Positions 20,101-31,468 of a DNA stretch of 64,000 nt are shown one piece after another (position 1 is the stretch's first letter; each line of letters opens with the position of its first letter). The stretch is from Balanoglossus misakiensis. Taxonomy: Eukaryota > Animalia > Hemichordata. The stretch lies in NCBI GenBank assembly GCA_040954595.2, contig CM082576.2, positions 12,341,129 to 12,405,128 on the forward strand. The letters run 5' to 3'. Below the pieces are notes generated by a model. That model did no database searches. It had not been told where the DNA came from and saw only the letters and a list, made by a program, of their open reading frames with translations. The translations under genes and the position numbers were made by a program.

Positions 20101-23100
20101 CTAGTTCTAAAAAGTTTGATGTTATAGTGGGAAACTGTGGAGTTGATGTTGAACCAACTTGTGGTGTCTCTGCAAGGGCAGTGCCCAGTTCCACAGTCGT
20201 ATTATGACCATCTTCCACGGTGTCTGCTGATTTTGAGAAAAGATCTGTTGCTAGTGACTTTGTTGCATTTCCTGGCTTTCCCGTAATATGGGTCACTGGT
20301 TCCATGGTTGTGCTATATCCGAATGTCTCTGATGGCTTTGGTATGTACTGTGTTGATGGCATGGTACTTTCATTTTGTGATTTCGGTGTTATCTTCGTCA
20401 CTGGTTCGACTGTCATTTCGGTACTATCTCCCAGTGGCTCTGATAGTGTTTTTGAAAACAGTGATGCAGATGGTGAACTTGTAAAGTGTGGCTCCTCTGT
20501 ACTGGTAGCAGTAGTTAGTCCCACAGATCTGTTGTTACTCCCAGGGAATGAGGTGGTTGCAACCTGTGGTTTCTCCTTTGCGGTACCCAGTGGGAGTGCA
20601 GACGTACCAGGACCATGCTTCAAAGTTCCTGACGACATCGGCAAAAACTGTGTAGCCGTTGAAGTGCCTACAACATGTGTGGTATTCTCTGAAATGGTGG
20701 TTCTTGGTTTCAAAGTTGCATTGTGACCAGATACTGAAGTCTCTACTGGAAATTGGGCGTGTGTCACTGACGAGGAAGTTGTAATCTGTGGTTGCTCTAT
20801 GATGCCAGTCTTTGGTTCCACGGGTGTATGAAAAAGGTCTTCCGTAGTCCCTGGTGGTATTGGAAAACCCTGTGTTGTTGATGAGGCAGATGTGGCTTGT
20901 AGTTTCTCCTCAGTGGTAAGATTTGCTTCCAAAGTTGTGTTATGACCATCTCCCAAGCTTTCAGATGATGTAACCTGCAATGATGATAATGATAATGTTT
21001 CAACATATGGTTTCCTAGTAAAGGCAGTTGTTTCATTGTCAAAAGTATCATGACTACCATATCTAAAGACTACGATGGTGAAAACAAAAGCTGAGCAGAT
21101 AATGAGGTGGCTGGTACCTGTGAATCCTCCAAAATGGCAGTGCTTGATTTAACGGTTTCTTTCAGAGTAACTGGTGATAACACAGGAAGACTATGTAGAC
21201 AATAAAGGACGTCCTTACCTTCAGTTTCTCCACTATGGTTGTAAACGGTTGATCACCTTCCGAGGCCTCCGATGATATTGGCACAACCTTCTGCGTTGAT
21301 GAAGTAGTTGCAGTCTGTGTTGTTACCAGGGTGAAAGTCCGTGGTTCAGTAGTTGTGTCGAGACCTTCCTCAAATGTGGTGGGATTTGCTTCCAAAGTTG
21401 TGTTATGACCATCTCCCAAGCCTTCAGATGATGTAACCTACAATGATGATAAGGATAATGTTTCAACATATGGTTTCTCAGCAATGGCAGTTGTCCAGAG
21501 TTGCACCCTTGTCAACAAATATTAAGCTTGCTTTAACAGTTTCTTTCGGTGTTACTGATGATACATGAGTAGCCTGTGTGGATAATGATGTCGTCCCTAC
21601 CTTTAGTTCCTCCAGTATGGTTGTCAATGGTTGATCGCCTTCCAAGGCCTCTGATGATATTGGCACAAGCTTCTGCGTTGATGAGGTAGTTACAGCCAGT
21701 GTTTTTTCCAGGGGGAACGTCCATGGTCCAGAAGTTGTGTTAAGACCGTCCTCTGGTGCTGTAGACAAAGTGTGTGCAGATGTTGAAGTATCTGAAGCCC
21801 GGTCTGTCTCGGTGACTGTAGTTCCAGGAGCTGCAGTCTTATTATGGGTATCCACCAAAGTTTCTCTTGTCAATGACCTGGTTGCAATCCCTGTTGTGTC
21901 ATGAGCATCTTCAAAATTGTCTGACGATATTGGCATGAACTGAGTAATCGATGATGACATGGTTTCATTCTGTGGTTTCAGTTTCATTTGGGTATGTGGT
22001 TCCACGTTTGTTCCATGACTATCTTCCAAGGTCTCTGGTGATATTGATGAAGTCTCTGATTCCGGTGATGAACTTGCAAACTGTTTCTTTACAGTGGTAG
22101 CAGTTGGATCCTCAGACATGTTGACATCTACTGGCAATGTCTCGGTTGATTCTGGGAAAACCACTGCAGAAGACAAGGTAGTAGCAAACTGTGGGTTCTC
22201 CTCTGTGATACTCACTTGTTCAGCAACTGTCTCATGGCCACCGTTCAGAGTCTCTGATGGTATCAAATACTGGGTAGCTGATGAAGTTGTTACAGTATTT
22301 GCTTTCTCCGTATTGGTAGTACTGCTTGGTTTTGAAGTTGCATTTTGGATATCTCGCATTGTCTCTGAGGTAAATGGGAAAGGCTTTGTTGGTGATGAGG
22401 TGGCTGTGATATATGGGTTCTCCTTAATGGTAGCCATCAGTCCCATGGTTATGTTTAGTGGATCTTCAGTCACCCCTGGCGACTGCGTTGTTGATGAGTC
22501 AGATGTGGCCCATACTTTCCCTGCAGTTGTAGTTTTTGGTTTCATAGTTGTGTCATATCCATCCTCCAAAGACTCTGACAATATGGGCAAAACCTGTACT
22601 GTTCGTACGACGGAAGAAACTGGTGGATTTTCCACAGTCACTGGCGGCTTTGGTTCAATGGGTTTAGTATTACGAGTCTGTTCTGGTAGTGCAATATGCA
22701 AAGTGGATGATGATGTTGTTGTGACCTCGGGTTTCTTTCCGTTGGAAGTAACTTGTTCACCACTTGGAGTATAGCCGTTTTCTGTAAGCCACAAAGATTC
22801 TGTGGATGAATCAGTTGCAACGTGTGGTTCAGCTGTAGTGGTAGACGCCGGTTCCATAGTGGTGTGACCATCTCCCAAACTCTGTGATGATGTAAGGAAA
22901 ATGTCTGCAGCTGTTGGAGAGACTTCAACATGTGGCTTTGTAATGATAGTCATTGATCCAGCAGTGGTAGCACCATCTACCATAGTCTCTGCAATTGATG
23001 GGAACATCTGTGTAGCTGACGTGGCAGTTGCAGGCTGTGGTTTCTTTCTTATGATTGGTCGCCTAGGTTCTGCAGATGTAGTTCTGTCACGCTCCATTGT

Positions 23101-26100
23101 TTCAGCTGGCATCAGATAAGCCTGTGTCGCAGGTGAGGAAGTTGACGCCTGCTGTTTGTGTGTCGTGGTAGAAACTGGTTCAACAGTAGTATTGTGCTCC
23201 TTGTCCAACTGGTGTGACGATGTTGGGAAAAACTGAGTGGAGGAGGAGGAGGATGAACTTGCAATCTTTTGTTTCTCGGTGACAAGAGTGATCTGCTCCA
23301 CGGACGTGTCATTGCCACTCCTGTATAAAGCTTCTGATGACGTCGACGAAGCCTCTGTGGATGATATGGCAGCGGTGGTGTTTCCTATGCTGGGCACACT
23401 ACTCTGTTCTAAAGTTGTTCTAAACCCTGTCGGTTTCTGAACAAGATCCGAGGATAAGGAAGTCCTGGTTTGTGATCCCTCTGAGGTGAAATTTGTAGTA
23501 GCGGCATCTGTTTCAGGTAAATCTGGTCGTGCAGTTGCAATTGAAGGTACTGCTGAGGAAAGCGGTGTCTCTGACAATTCTAGTTGTGGTATCATTTGAC
23601 TGGTACTCCTTTGTGGTAAAGTGGTCTCATTCGATGAATAAAATATTTCCTCATCTGAAGTTGTGCTTTTCAGTACACCATGTGTTGCCAATGTCAATTC
23701 TTGCTCGGTTACCGCTTCAGAAGGCTGTGCTGTATTTTTCGCTGTCATTAATATTGTTGGTTCTCTTTCGCTAGATTCTATTACAAGTCTGGTGCTTGTG
23801 CTTGGTACTGTCAAAATTCCACCGGAAAGTTTTTCACTCGTTCTGTGTTGTGATGTCTGATCACTTGGCAGAGTTGTGACCACTGCATCGTCCATTTCTT
23901 CTGTTGAAATTAATGTTTTAAACATACCACTGGTAGTCAACATTGGCATTTCCACCTTAGTAGATGGGAACTCGTGTTGTTTGGTTGTCTCAAGTGTTGT
24001 GGTCGACGGTTCTGATGAGGGTTTCACTGTGTTCGGTTGAGTAGTGGGTTCTGGCAAGACAGAATTTATATTTTCAACTGTGGAGGTTGTTCTTATTGGT
24101 TCCTCCCCTGAAGTGATATTTTCCGGCTGATGACCAGTAGTCTTTGGAAAGGCAGTACTCAGGGGTGCGTCAAAAACAGATTCTGAGTCTGAAGCACGTT
24201 CTCTAGATGGCATACTTGTGCTCTGGGTGGTGTCGTCCATTTTTGGGGTCGTTCCTGCTGGTGCAGCATCTGTTGAAATTGGTTTACTGGTCGTCATCTC
24301 CATAGTACCAACTACATTTGTTGTCTTGGTGGATGTCCGCATCATTGGGATTTCAGTTGCATAAGAATTCTGGTGAATCTTGTATGGTGTAAATGAAGTA
24401 TAATCCAAACGAGGCAATGTCAATTCACTTGTATACTGCGACTGTCCACTAGATTGCTGTCTCTCTGTAGATTCACTGGGAGTTGAAGATTCAGGCGTTG
24501 TCATTGTTTCATCTCCATCAATAATGTATAACAGCTTAAATCCTCTGTACCGAGTGTTGACAAAACTGTTAAACTCGATAGTGGCTTCATTAGAGTGTAG
24601 GGTGAAATCTCCTGGCATTTCATTTCCACAGATATAATGTGAACCAACAGGAAAGTGTTTCCAGTAGCTTTTGATGTGAATGTAGGCTCTCCGGCGACTA
24701 CACGTGGTCTCAATAATCGGCAGGGGCAAGTCCAGGTCGATGAATCTGATCAAAATGGAGCAATCTTCACATCCCTGAATATGCCACTCGCACGATAACG
24801 AATCTGGATACATAAAGGGAAAGTTTGGAGATGATATTGTCCCAGACTGAGCTGTGAAAGTCTCGCCGTTATTACATCCTACATCTGCAACACTCGTCAC
24901 CTCTACTGGAGGGTTGGTGCTTGGTAAAACAGTGGTGTTATTCGGTAAGGTGGACATGGATCTTAATGAAGTACCCTTTGTTTGCTGAATCGTTGTCTGA
25001 TGTGGATCATTGCTTGATTGACTTATAAAGGTCACCGTCGGTGCGACACTTGAAGAAATTGTCCCATCTGTAGCCATGCTTTCAAAATCTGTGCTGGTTG
25101 GTAGTTTGGTTCCCACCTGTGTTTCAACAACAGGTGATGGAGAAGATCCATGCTCTGCAAATGACACACTTGATCTTTGGCTTGATCTTTGACTAAGTGT
25201 ATGTACAGTTTCTACCACAGCTTCTGGGGTAGTCTTTGGTTTATTTGTAGCATTTCTCATCTCCACTGATTGCATTGTTTGCGTCAGCTTCATAGGCATT
25301 GATGTCATAGGCTGTTTGGTGGAATTCTTCGAGTCTTTTCCAGAAGTCTCTTTCTCCTCTGTCGAATGATCAGCGGTAGATGTTAGCAGGTTTTCCGAGA
25401 TGGATTCTGGTGTGTATACATCAGTAGCTGAAAATGGTGATGTTTTTAAACGCTCTGCTCCATCGGTAGTGTGCAGCACTTGAAGCCCAGTAGTTTTTCT
25501 TTGGGACATAGTGGAACTGGATTCTGACGATCTGTGTGCAGCTGAAGTTGATGCTTCACCTGTCGTATTTTGCATATTTGTGCCTCCAGGGGAATATGTT
25601 CTGTCTGAAACACCTGTTGAGTCATTGAGTGAAAATGGCATCTCTGTGGACTGTATCACAGGCGTTACCGTTTCCATGATCTTTGGTGTTACTGGTAAAG
25701 ATGTGGTGAGCGTGGAATGATGCGAACCATTTCGTCTGACATTGGTCGTTGGATGAAAAGTCGACTCTACTGGGTCTTCATTGTCCTCAACATTCATTGT
25801 GATTATAGGCGCCGTTGTGGCTGGTGATGTTGTAGTTTCTATTGCTTCCATTCCAACAATGGTGTACTCCAACTGAAAGCCAGTGAATTGACTGTTTCTG
25901 AAACTGTTAAACCGAACCACAGCATTATTTGTTGGCAACATCAAATCAGCAGGTATATCACGTCCACAAATGTAGTGTGAGCCAACAGGATATTGTCCCC
26001 AGTAGTTCTGGACGTGAATGTGGTCTCTCCGACGGCTACACGTTGTTCCGATTATTGGTGGAGGCAAGTCGAGGTTGGCAAATCTAATTACAATGGAGCA

Positions 26101-29100
26101 ACTTTCGCATCCTTGAATATTCCACTGGCAGGATAAGTAGTCTTGGTATGGCGAAGGAAAACTTGGAGACGATATAGTTCCCGATTGTTTAGTTAGAACT
26201 TGCCCACTATTGCATCCTAAATCAGCTGCAGTAGTAAACAGGTGGGGTGTAGATGTTGCAGGAATAACCGTAGTACCTTCAGGCGCCATGGTCGTGAATT
26301 TTACTGAGGTATCTTTCATATGTTGATAAAATGTACTAAACCTTATCGTCGACGGATTTAACGTTATAGATGTTGCTCCCTTTGTAGTAGTTTTTGTGGC
26401 AACTGCAGAAATGCTTCTTCCTGTAGATTCCAGATATTTTTCTTCAGCAGATGAAAATGTGGACAATTCATCCTGTCCTAATGGCGTATTCGTTGTTTGA
26501 ATGGGTTCATGTTCATATTCTGTTACATCTGCGTTGGCAGTTGACGGAATCAAAATGGCTGACGTGTCCACAGGCTGTTCTGTTTCCAGCTGCTCTGGCG
26601 ATGTTGTCTTGCGGGTAGTACTCGACACTACAGGCTCTTGTGTCTCCCCATCACGTTTTGTTGTTGGAGTTGAAGTTCCCGTTGTGTGCAGATCAGTTGT
26701 TGGTACGAATTCAGTCAAGTGTGAAACAGTGGAAATGTAGGCTGACGATGACTCATCCATTTGTCTAGGTAATGAGTCAGGGGAGCGTGAGTTATCTGTG
26801 CTTGAGACGATTAGATCTGGAGTTGAGTAGGCTGCTTCTTTTGTATGAAGGATGGCTTGATCAGTTTTTGCATCAGTGAAATACTGTGTCTTGTAGATAG
26901 GCACTACGCTGTGTTCTTCTCTTGATGTGCTCGTGTTTGGAGGCGACACTTGATTTCTGGTCGTTGCTGTTACAGTTGTATCTGGCGATTTGGAAGACCG
27001 AGAATGCTCTGGTGTTGTTGTTGACAGGTTTTCAGTTTCAGGTGCTGTTGACGCAGAAATAGAGGGCGTTGCATCATTTTCATTGTCAGTTGTCGATGGT
27101 GTAATGGGAGCATCTTTTTCAGTCAACGGTGGTGTTGGATACACATGTGTAGCTGAAGTTCCATCTGATGGTTCGTGCGTTGAATTTCCTTCTCCGGTGT
27201 CGGTGGTCATATTGTAGACCGCTGTGGTGATTTGCGTTGTCGCCGGTGGATCAGTAGTTGCATTGGACAAGACGCCACGTTCCAGGTGTGGTTCATTTGC
27301 ATTTGGTGTTGACTTCCAGGCCTCTCCAACATCTGGTGACACCACTCCATCCTCTGCTTGTCCTCCTTCACTTGCTGTAGATGTGAAGTTCTGCACGTTG
27401 CCCATAACTGTTTCCACCGTGGGCTGTGTTGACGGTGTGTTACCTCTCACAATGTCTGTTAGGTCTGGTGATGCAAAATTTTCACGAGACGTTGTTGAAG
27501 TTAAACCCAACAAGGTCGCATTCGTTTGACCATAAGTTGACACCGGAACAGGTGTGACTTTTCTTGTTACAACAGGGGTTTGGTTCACAGTAGATGGCGG
27601 TATTTCATTTGTCATTTGTTGCGTGTTGTTGTCTTGAACACTATCGGTGCTTCCAAATGAGACCACTGCACTGCTCTCCGCTGTTGTTTGACCCGTTTCT
27701 GGAACCGAGGGAGCGGAAGCATCTCCTTCATGTTTTTCTGGCGATTTGGTTGCACCATGACTCCACTTCCACGTCGTTTTTCCGGTTGTTATCATGGTTT
27801 CCATTGGTTCAACGGGTCCAGACGTGGTCTGCAGTATGGTTTCCATTGTTGGCATGTCGGTGATCTCGCGTGAAGCAGTATGTTGGGTATCTGACGTAGG
27901 TCGGCTCGTTTTTCTAGAAAGTGTCTCTTGAGAAACAGTAGTTTTATCAATGCTGGGCACTGTAGTGATCTGAGATCTGTGATCTGAGAATGCTGTTTCC
28001 ATCGTCTGCGCTTCATTTTGTGGCACTTTATCAGTTCTTACCACGTCTGTCCTTTCTTTAGTTGACGATGTATCATCCACAGTTTGTCCGTGTGAAGTAG
28101 CAGAAAACGAAATGTCATGTTCTTCTGGGGAGACGGTTGTGCTCTCGGCAAATTTCTCGTTGTCGACGTTTGGTGTGGTGCTGGCTCTTAATTCTGTTTC
28201 AGGTGTCGCAACTTTTGGTGCAGTTGCTGGTGTTAAAGTTGTCATTTGTGAAAGTGTTGTGCCATCTTCCAAAGAGCCCCTGCTTGTTTCAACTGACACC
28301 GTTGATGGGTGGAACGTTGAGGTTGTAGTCGCATCTTCATAAGTCTGGCTGGCTGTAGCGTCCAACAAATTCGTTGCTGTTTGCCATTTAGTTCTGCCCA
28401 GAACTTGTGTGGAATCATTTACAGTTTCGTCTGTGGATTTAACAAGCACTTCAGCTGGCAATGTAGTCTTAGTCTGCATTTCCGCTTGGTTTGTACCTTT
28501 GACACTCTGTGTGACGGAATCAGTTGTTGGAATTGGTTTACCTTTGGTCGGAGAATAGTCCATGGATGCAGCATCCATTGTTGAGTCATTCACATCCTCT
28601 TTTCCCGCTGCCTCCGAGATGGCAAAAGCCAGTCTGGCGAGAGTATCTTCTTTTGACAACTTTTTGTTCGAGAATTGTGTCTTCTGCATCGATTGAACAG
28701 TCTTGGTTTCCGTAGGCACAAGTGTTTCTGATTCGGGCACAGCGTGTGTTGATGTGTCAGGCTGTATTCGCGTTGTTGCCGAAGTCGATGTATGCTCAGC
28801 AGTTCGGGTTGTTGCCAAGGGTGACGTTCTCTCAGTAGTTATCTCACCACCTGAGATTCTGTAGTGCAGTCGGAAGCCCCTTAACTGTCTTGCCTTGAAA
28901 GTCTGGAAGTTGATGACGACTCTGTCCGTCGTATGCCTGATTACGTCATGGGGAATCTCGCTCCCGCAGTAATAACGGGATCCCGAGCGAATGTGGCGCC
29001 AGTAGGTTTGAATGTGGAGAGGGTCTCTTCGAAGACCACATATTCCATCGGTTCGTTCTATAGGCAATTCTAGGTCAAGAAATGTCAGTTCAATGTGGCA

Positions 29101-29856
29101 CGTTTCACAAGCTACAATCGTCCACGTACACTCCAACTTCGAAGGATAGGGGGAAGGATATCGAGGAGAAGTGATGTATCCAGAACGTTCAGTCAAGGTT
29201 CCCCCACACAAGTTATCGTCTGCTGTCTCCCTACTTTCCCGCGCCAGTGCCTTTTCTTTGTGACTCAATGAGTCTGCGTCAACTATCCATTTATCAATGG
29301 AATGTTCGTCTTTTAACTTGACAGACCTCCTTTCTCTCTTCGGGGGCAAGTCTGCATCTGCTGACTGCCTTGTAACACCTGTTGGATGCAAAATTTCATG
29401 CCGTGTTTCACTATGATGAAACTGTTCTGTTTTCAACAAATTATGCCTTGTGAAGTAAGGCCATGGATTTACTTGCTGGTCATGGAAACCAGAGAACCAC
29501 TTGCTCTAACGACGGGTTAAGGTTTGAATATTCAAGATTAAACAGACTTTCGAGAAAATAATATTGAGGGAGAAAGAATGATACACTTCTCCTGGAAAAA
29601 TATGCAGTTAGTCTGAGCTTGATCTGTCAAACTATGAAATAATCTTTGTGTAAGAAAATCTGAGAATCAGAGTTAAACCATATCCAAGCATATTTTAGAT
29701 ACCCACACAAAAAGTACAAAAGACTGGAATGATCTTCGAAAAGCAATATAACACCTCGAGAAAACTCACAAATCCTAAGCGAAAAGTTCAAAGGAGTAAA
29801 CATCGTCTTTCCGACCATAAGTTAGAGTGTTAGAACTGCAGGTTATTAAATAGAAT

Positions 29857-29910
<54 letters not shown>

Positions 29911-31468
29911 ACATTCATTTCATTATAAACAGTTATAAATTATAATTAATTAATTAATTAATTAATTTACTAACGTCAAAGTAAACAGCGTAATATGACA
30001 AAGAAGAATAACGACAACCAAAAATCATCAACACTTATCAACAATGTAAATTATGCCTGATTAAAGCTCGTGTATAAGCCCGTGTAAAGTAACTGCTCGT
30101 CTTTATTATATGTTGGGGAGGACGAAGATATTATAATTATCACACAACCCGTCAAAGCATATTTGAACCACCTGCACCTGTCGTTGATCGGATGACGTAA
30201 CTGAATGTAAAATGCATGTACGTACATCCTTAAAATATTTCTCATTAGCTTGCTGCTTTGTGGGAATATGAATCTGCCACATACAGTACAGGTTTGTGTT
30301 CTCAAGCATTTAAAATAACAATGTACAGCGTCGCTCACTATACCCGGTACATACCTTGGTGCTGGAAATTGTCTTCCCCTTCCCTGGTCCCCACAGCACG
30401 GACGACGTTCCCACGGTTCAAGGTGTTGCTCTGGGATACAATATAGAAAGCGACACGACTTGTGAATAATGTTTGGGTCTGCATAGGCCTACAAGCTGAT
30501 TTTCGTATTGCTCAGAAGGGGAGGGGATTGTTAAACTGCACTCCAGAAATCATGGAATGGAGAGACAAAGTTGTCGCCTCTTGACTTTCTTTCATGTAAG
30601 ACGTAATGGCATTCATCGTTTTCTTTTCTGTTCACCGAAATACATTACAAAGGAAACCATTGACAGATGTAGTGCTGGAAAAATATTCAAATAGTAGTAC
30701 ATGTACTATTTGTATGCTGTGCATAGAAATGTAGATATGCGACAATTTGGCAGTAGAACACAGTAAATACCAGACGAAACTAATGTAAGTACATCTTTAT
30801 GACGCTTTCCCCTTGGATTCTACCAGGGATATTGATTAAATTGCACAGCACAGGTATATTCTGTTCTCGTTGCATTGCACAATTGTCCAGCTATACCCAA
30901 ACGATCTTGGAAATGTGTTCGTGCGCTGTGTAGTTGGAATGTACTTTACCAAATGGCAAATTGTCTCGGACAATTGCCCCATTCGTGTGAACTACATTTG
31001 GAAGAAATTTAGCTAATGATCTCGTATTGTCCTATACGACAGTTGCAGCAAATGGAAAATGATCGGGAAATGCTTTCCATGAATCGAATGCGGGGAATTA
31101 TGCATTCTGGGAGCACCCTGAACTCAGTCTCGCCTCAAGTTGCCCCATTTCGAACCTTCATTTGTCGGAAAAATGGAGAAAAAATCATGGTTTCAACAAG
31201 TCACTCACCATCTAAACTCGAAAAGACAACCACAACACCTTAATATTGATCCTCGGTTCTGTAAACGAATTTGAATCGCACGATTGGATGAATTCTTCCG
31301 CCGCTGACCAGTGAATCGGTATAGTGTGGGGCTTACCTGCAATGCCTCGCCAGAGAAGAAAATTCCAAGGGAACTTCCAACGATAACAGCAACGAACAGT
31401 ACCGCACACAGTCCTCTCCGTGTGCATCCGCCAGACCGCAGTTCGGTGCAGCTATCATTTACCGCCAT
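14180..31468 (-). CDS. Giant type I transmembrane mucin-like protein with nine CUB domains (~4,900 aa); 5' exon linkage uncertain
   Basis: Proposed exons (minus): 31337-31468 (hydrophobic leader GLCAVLFVAVIVGSSLGIFF), 30355-30430, possible micro-exon 29585-29591, ~21601-29505 (3 CUB + S/T/P-rich), 21219-21437, 14752-20974 (S/T/P-rich + 6 CUB), 14180-14400 (TM helix ILIASIVGAIACATIVFVLIAFTVF + short tail). The last four junctions are GT-AG and phase-consistent (0,0,1). CUB signatures are G.I.SP.(F/Y)P..Y....C.W.I and G.GF...Y. Confidence 0.8.
14752..20974 (-). CDS. ~6.2-kb giant exon of the CUB mucin: mucin repeats followed by six CUB domains (~15080-17740) and an acidic Ser-Gly juxtamembrane region
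   Basis: ORF 14744..20980 (2078 aa). Acceptor ttgcag|GTT at 20975 and donor TTAG|gtaatt at 14751, which splices in phase 1 to the TM exon at 14400. Confidence 0.9.
18950..23300 (-). repeat. Degenerate coding tandem repeat of the mucin stalk (roughly 35-40 aa unit)
   Basis: Recurrent translated unit S(E/Q)T(L/M/V)(G/E)D(G/A)H(N/D)TT(V/L/M)EP.TT..EKPQV.TTS..TQ..P, e.g. SETLGDGHDTSVEP, ADTVEDGHNTTVE, SESLEDGYDTTMKP, SETFDGAHDTSTQP. Boundaries approximate. Confidence 0.7.
21601..29505 (-). CDS. ~7.9-kb giant exon of the CUB mucin: three CUB domains (~28855-29209, ~25858-26214, ~24520-24876) separated by Thr/Ser/Pro-rich mucin stalks
   Basis: ORF 21478..29439 (2653 aa), open upstream to a TAG at 29506-29508. 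Donor AAG|gtaggg at 21600. KRERR|S furin-type site near 29323-29340. Confidence 0.88.
29858..29965. repeat. (TAAA)n microsatellite followed by a (TTAA)n tract
   Basis: About 12 consecutive taaa units at ~29858-29906, then taat/ttaa repeats at ~29943-29965. Confidence 0.9.

Noticed and set aside
14578-28715. Many plus-strand Val/Ser/Gly-rich ORFs over the mucin exons
   Set aside because: Antisense shadows of Thr/Ser/Pro-rich codons, with no domains or splice support.
14744-29439. Treating ORFs 21478..29439 and 14744..20980 as two independent genes or a pseudogene
   Set aside because: Both begin at TTG in the ORF track and lack their own leader, and in-frame GT-AG junctions link them. Kilobases of intact frame argue against decay. 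Not formally excluded without transcripts.
29506-29508. Stop-codon readthrough at the in-frame TAG upstream of the giant ORF
   Set aside because: The preceding sequence looks intronic and the TAG is better explained as part of a splice acceptor.
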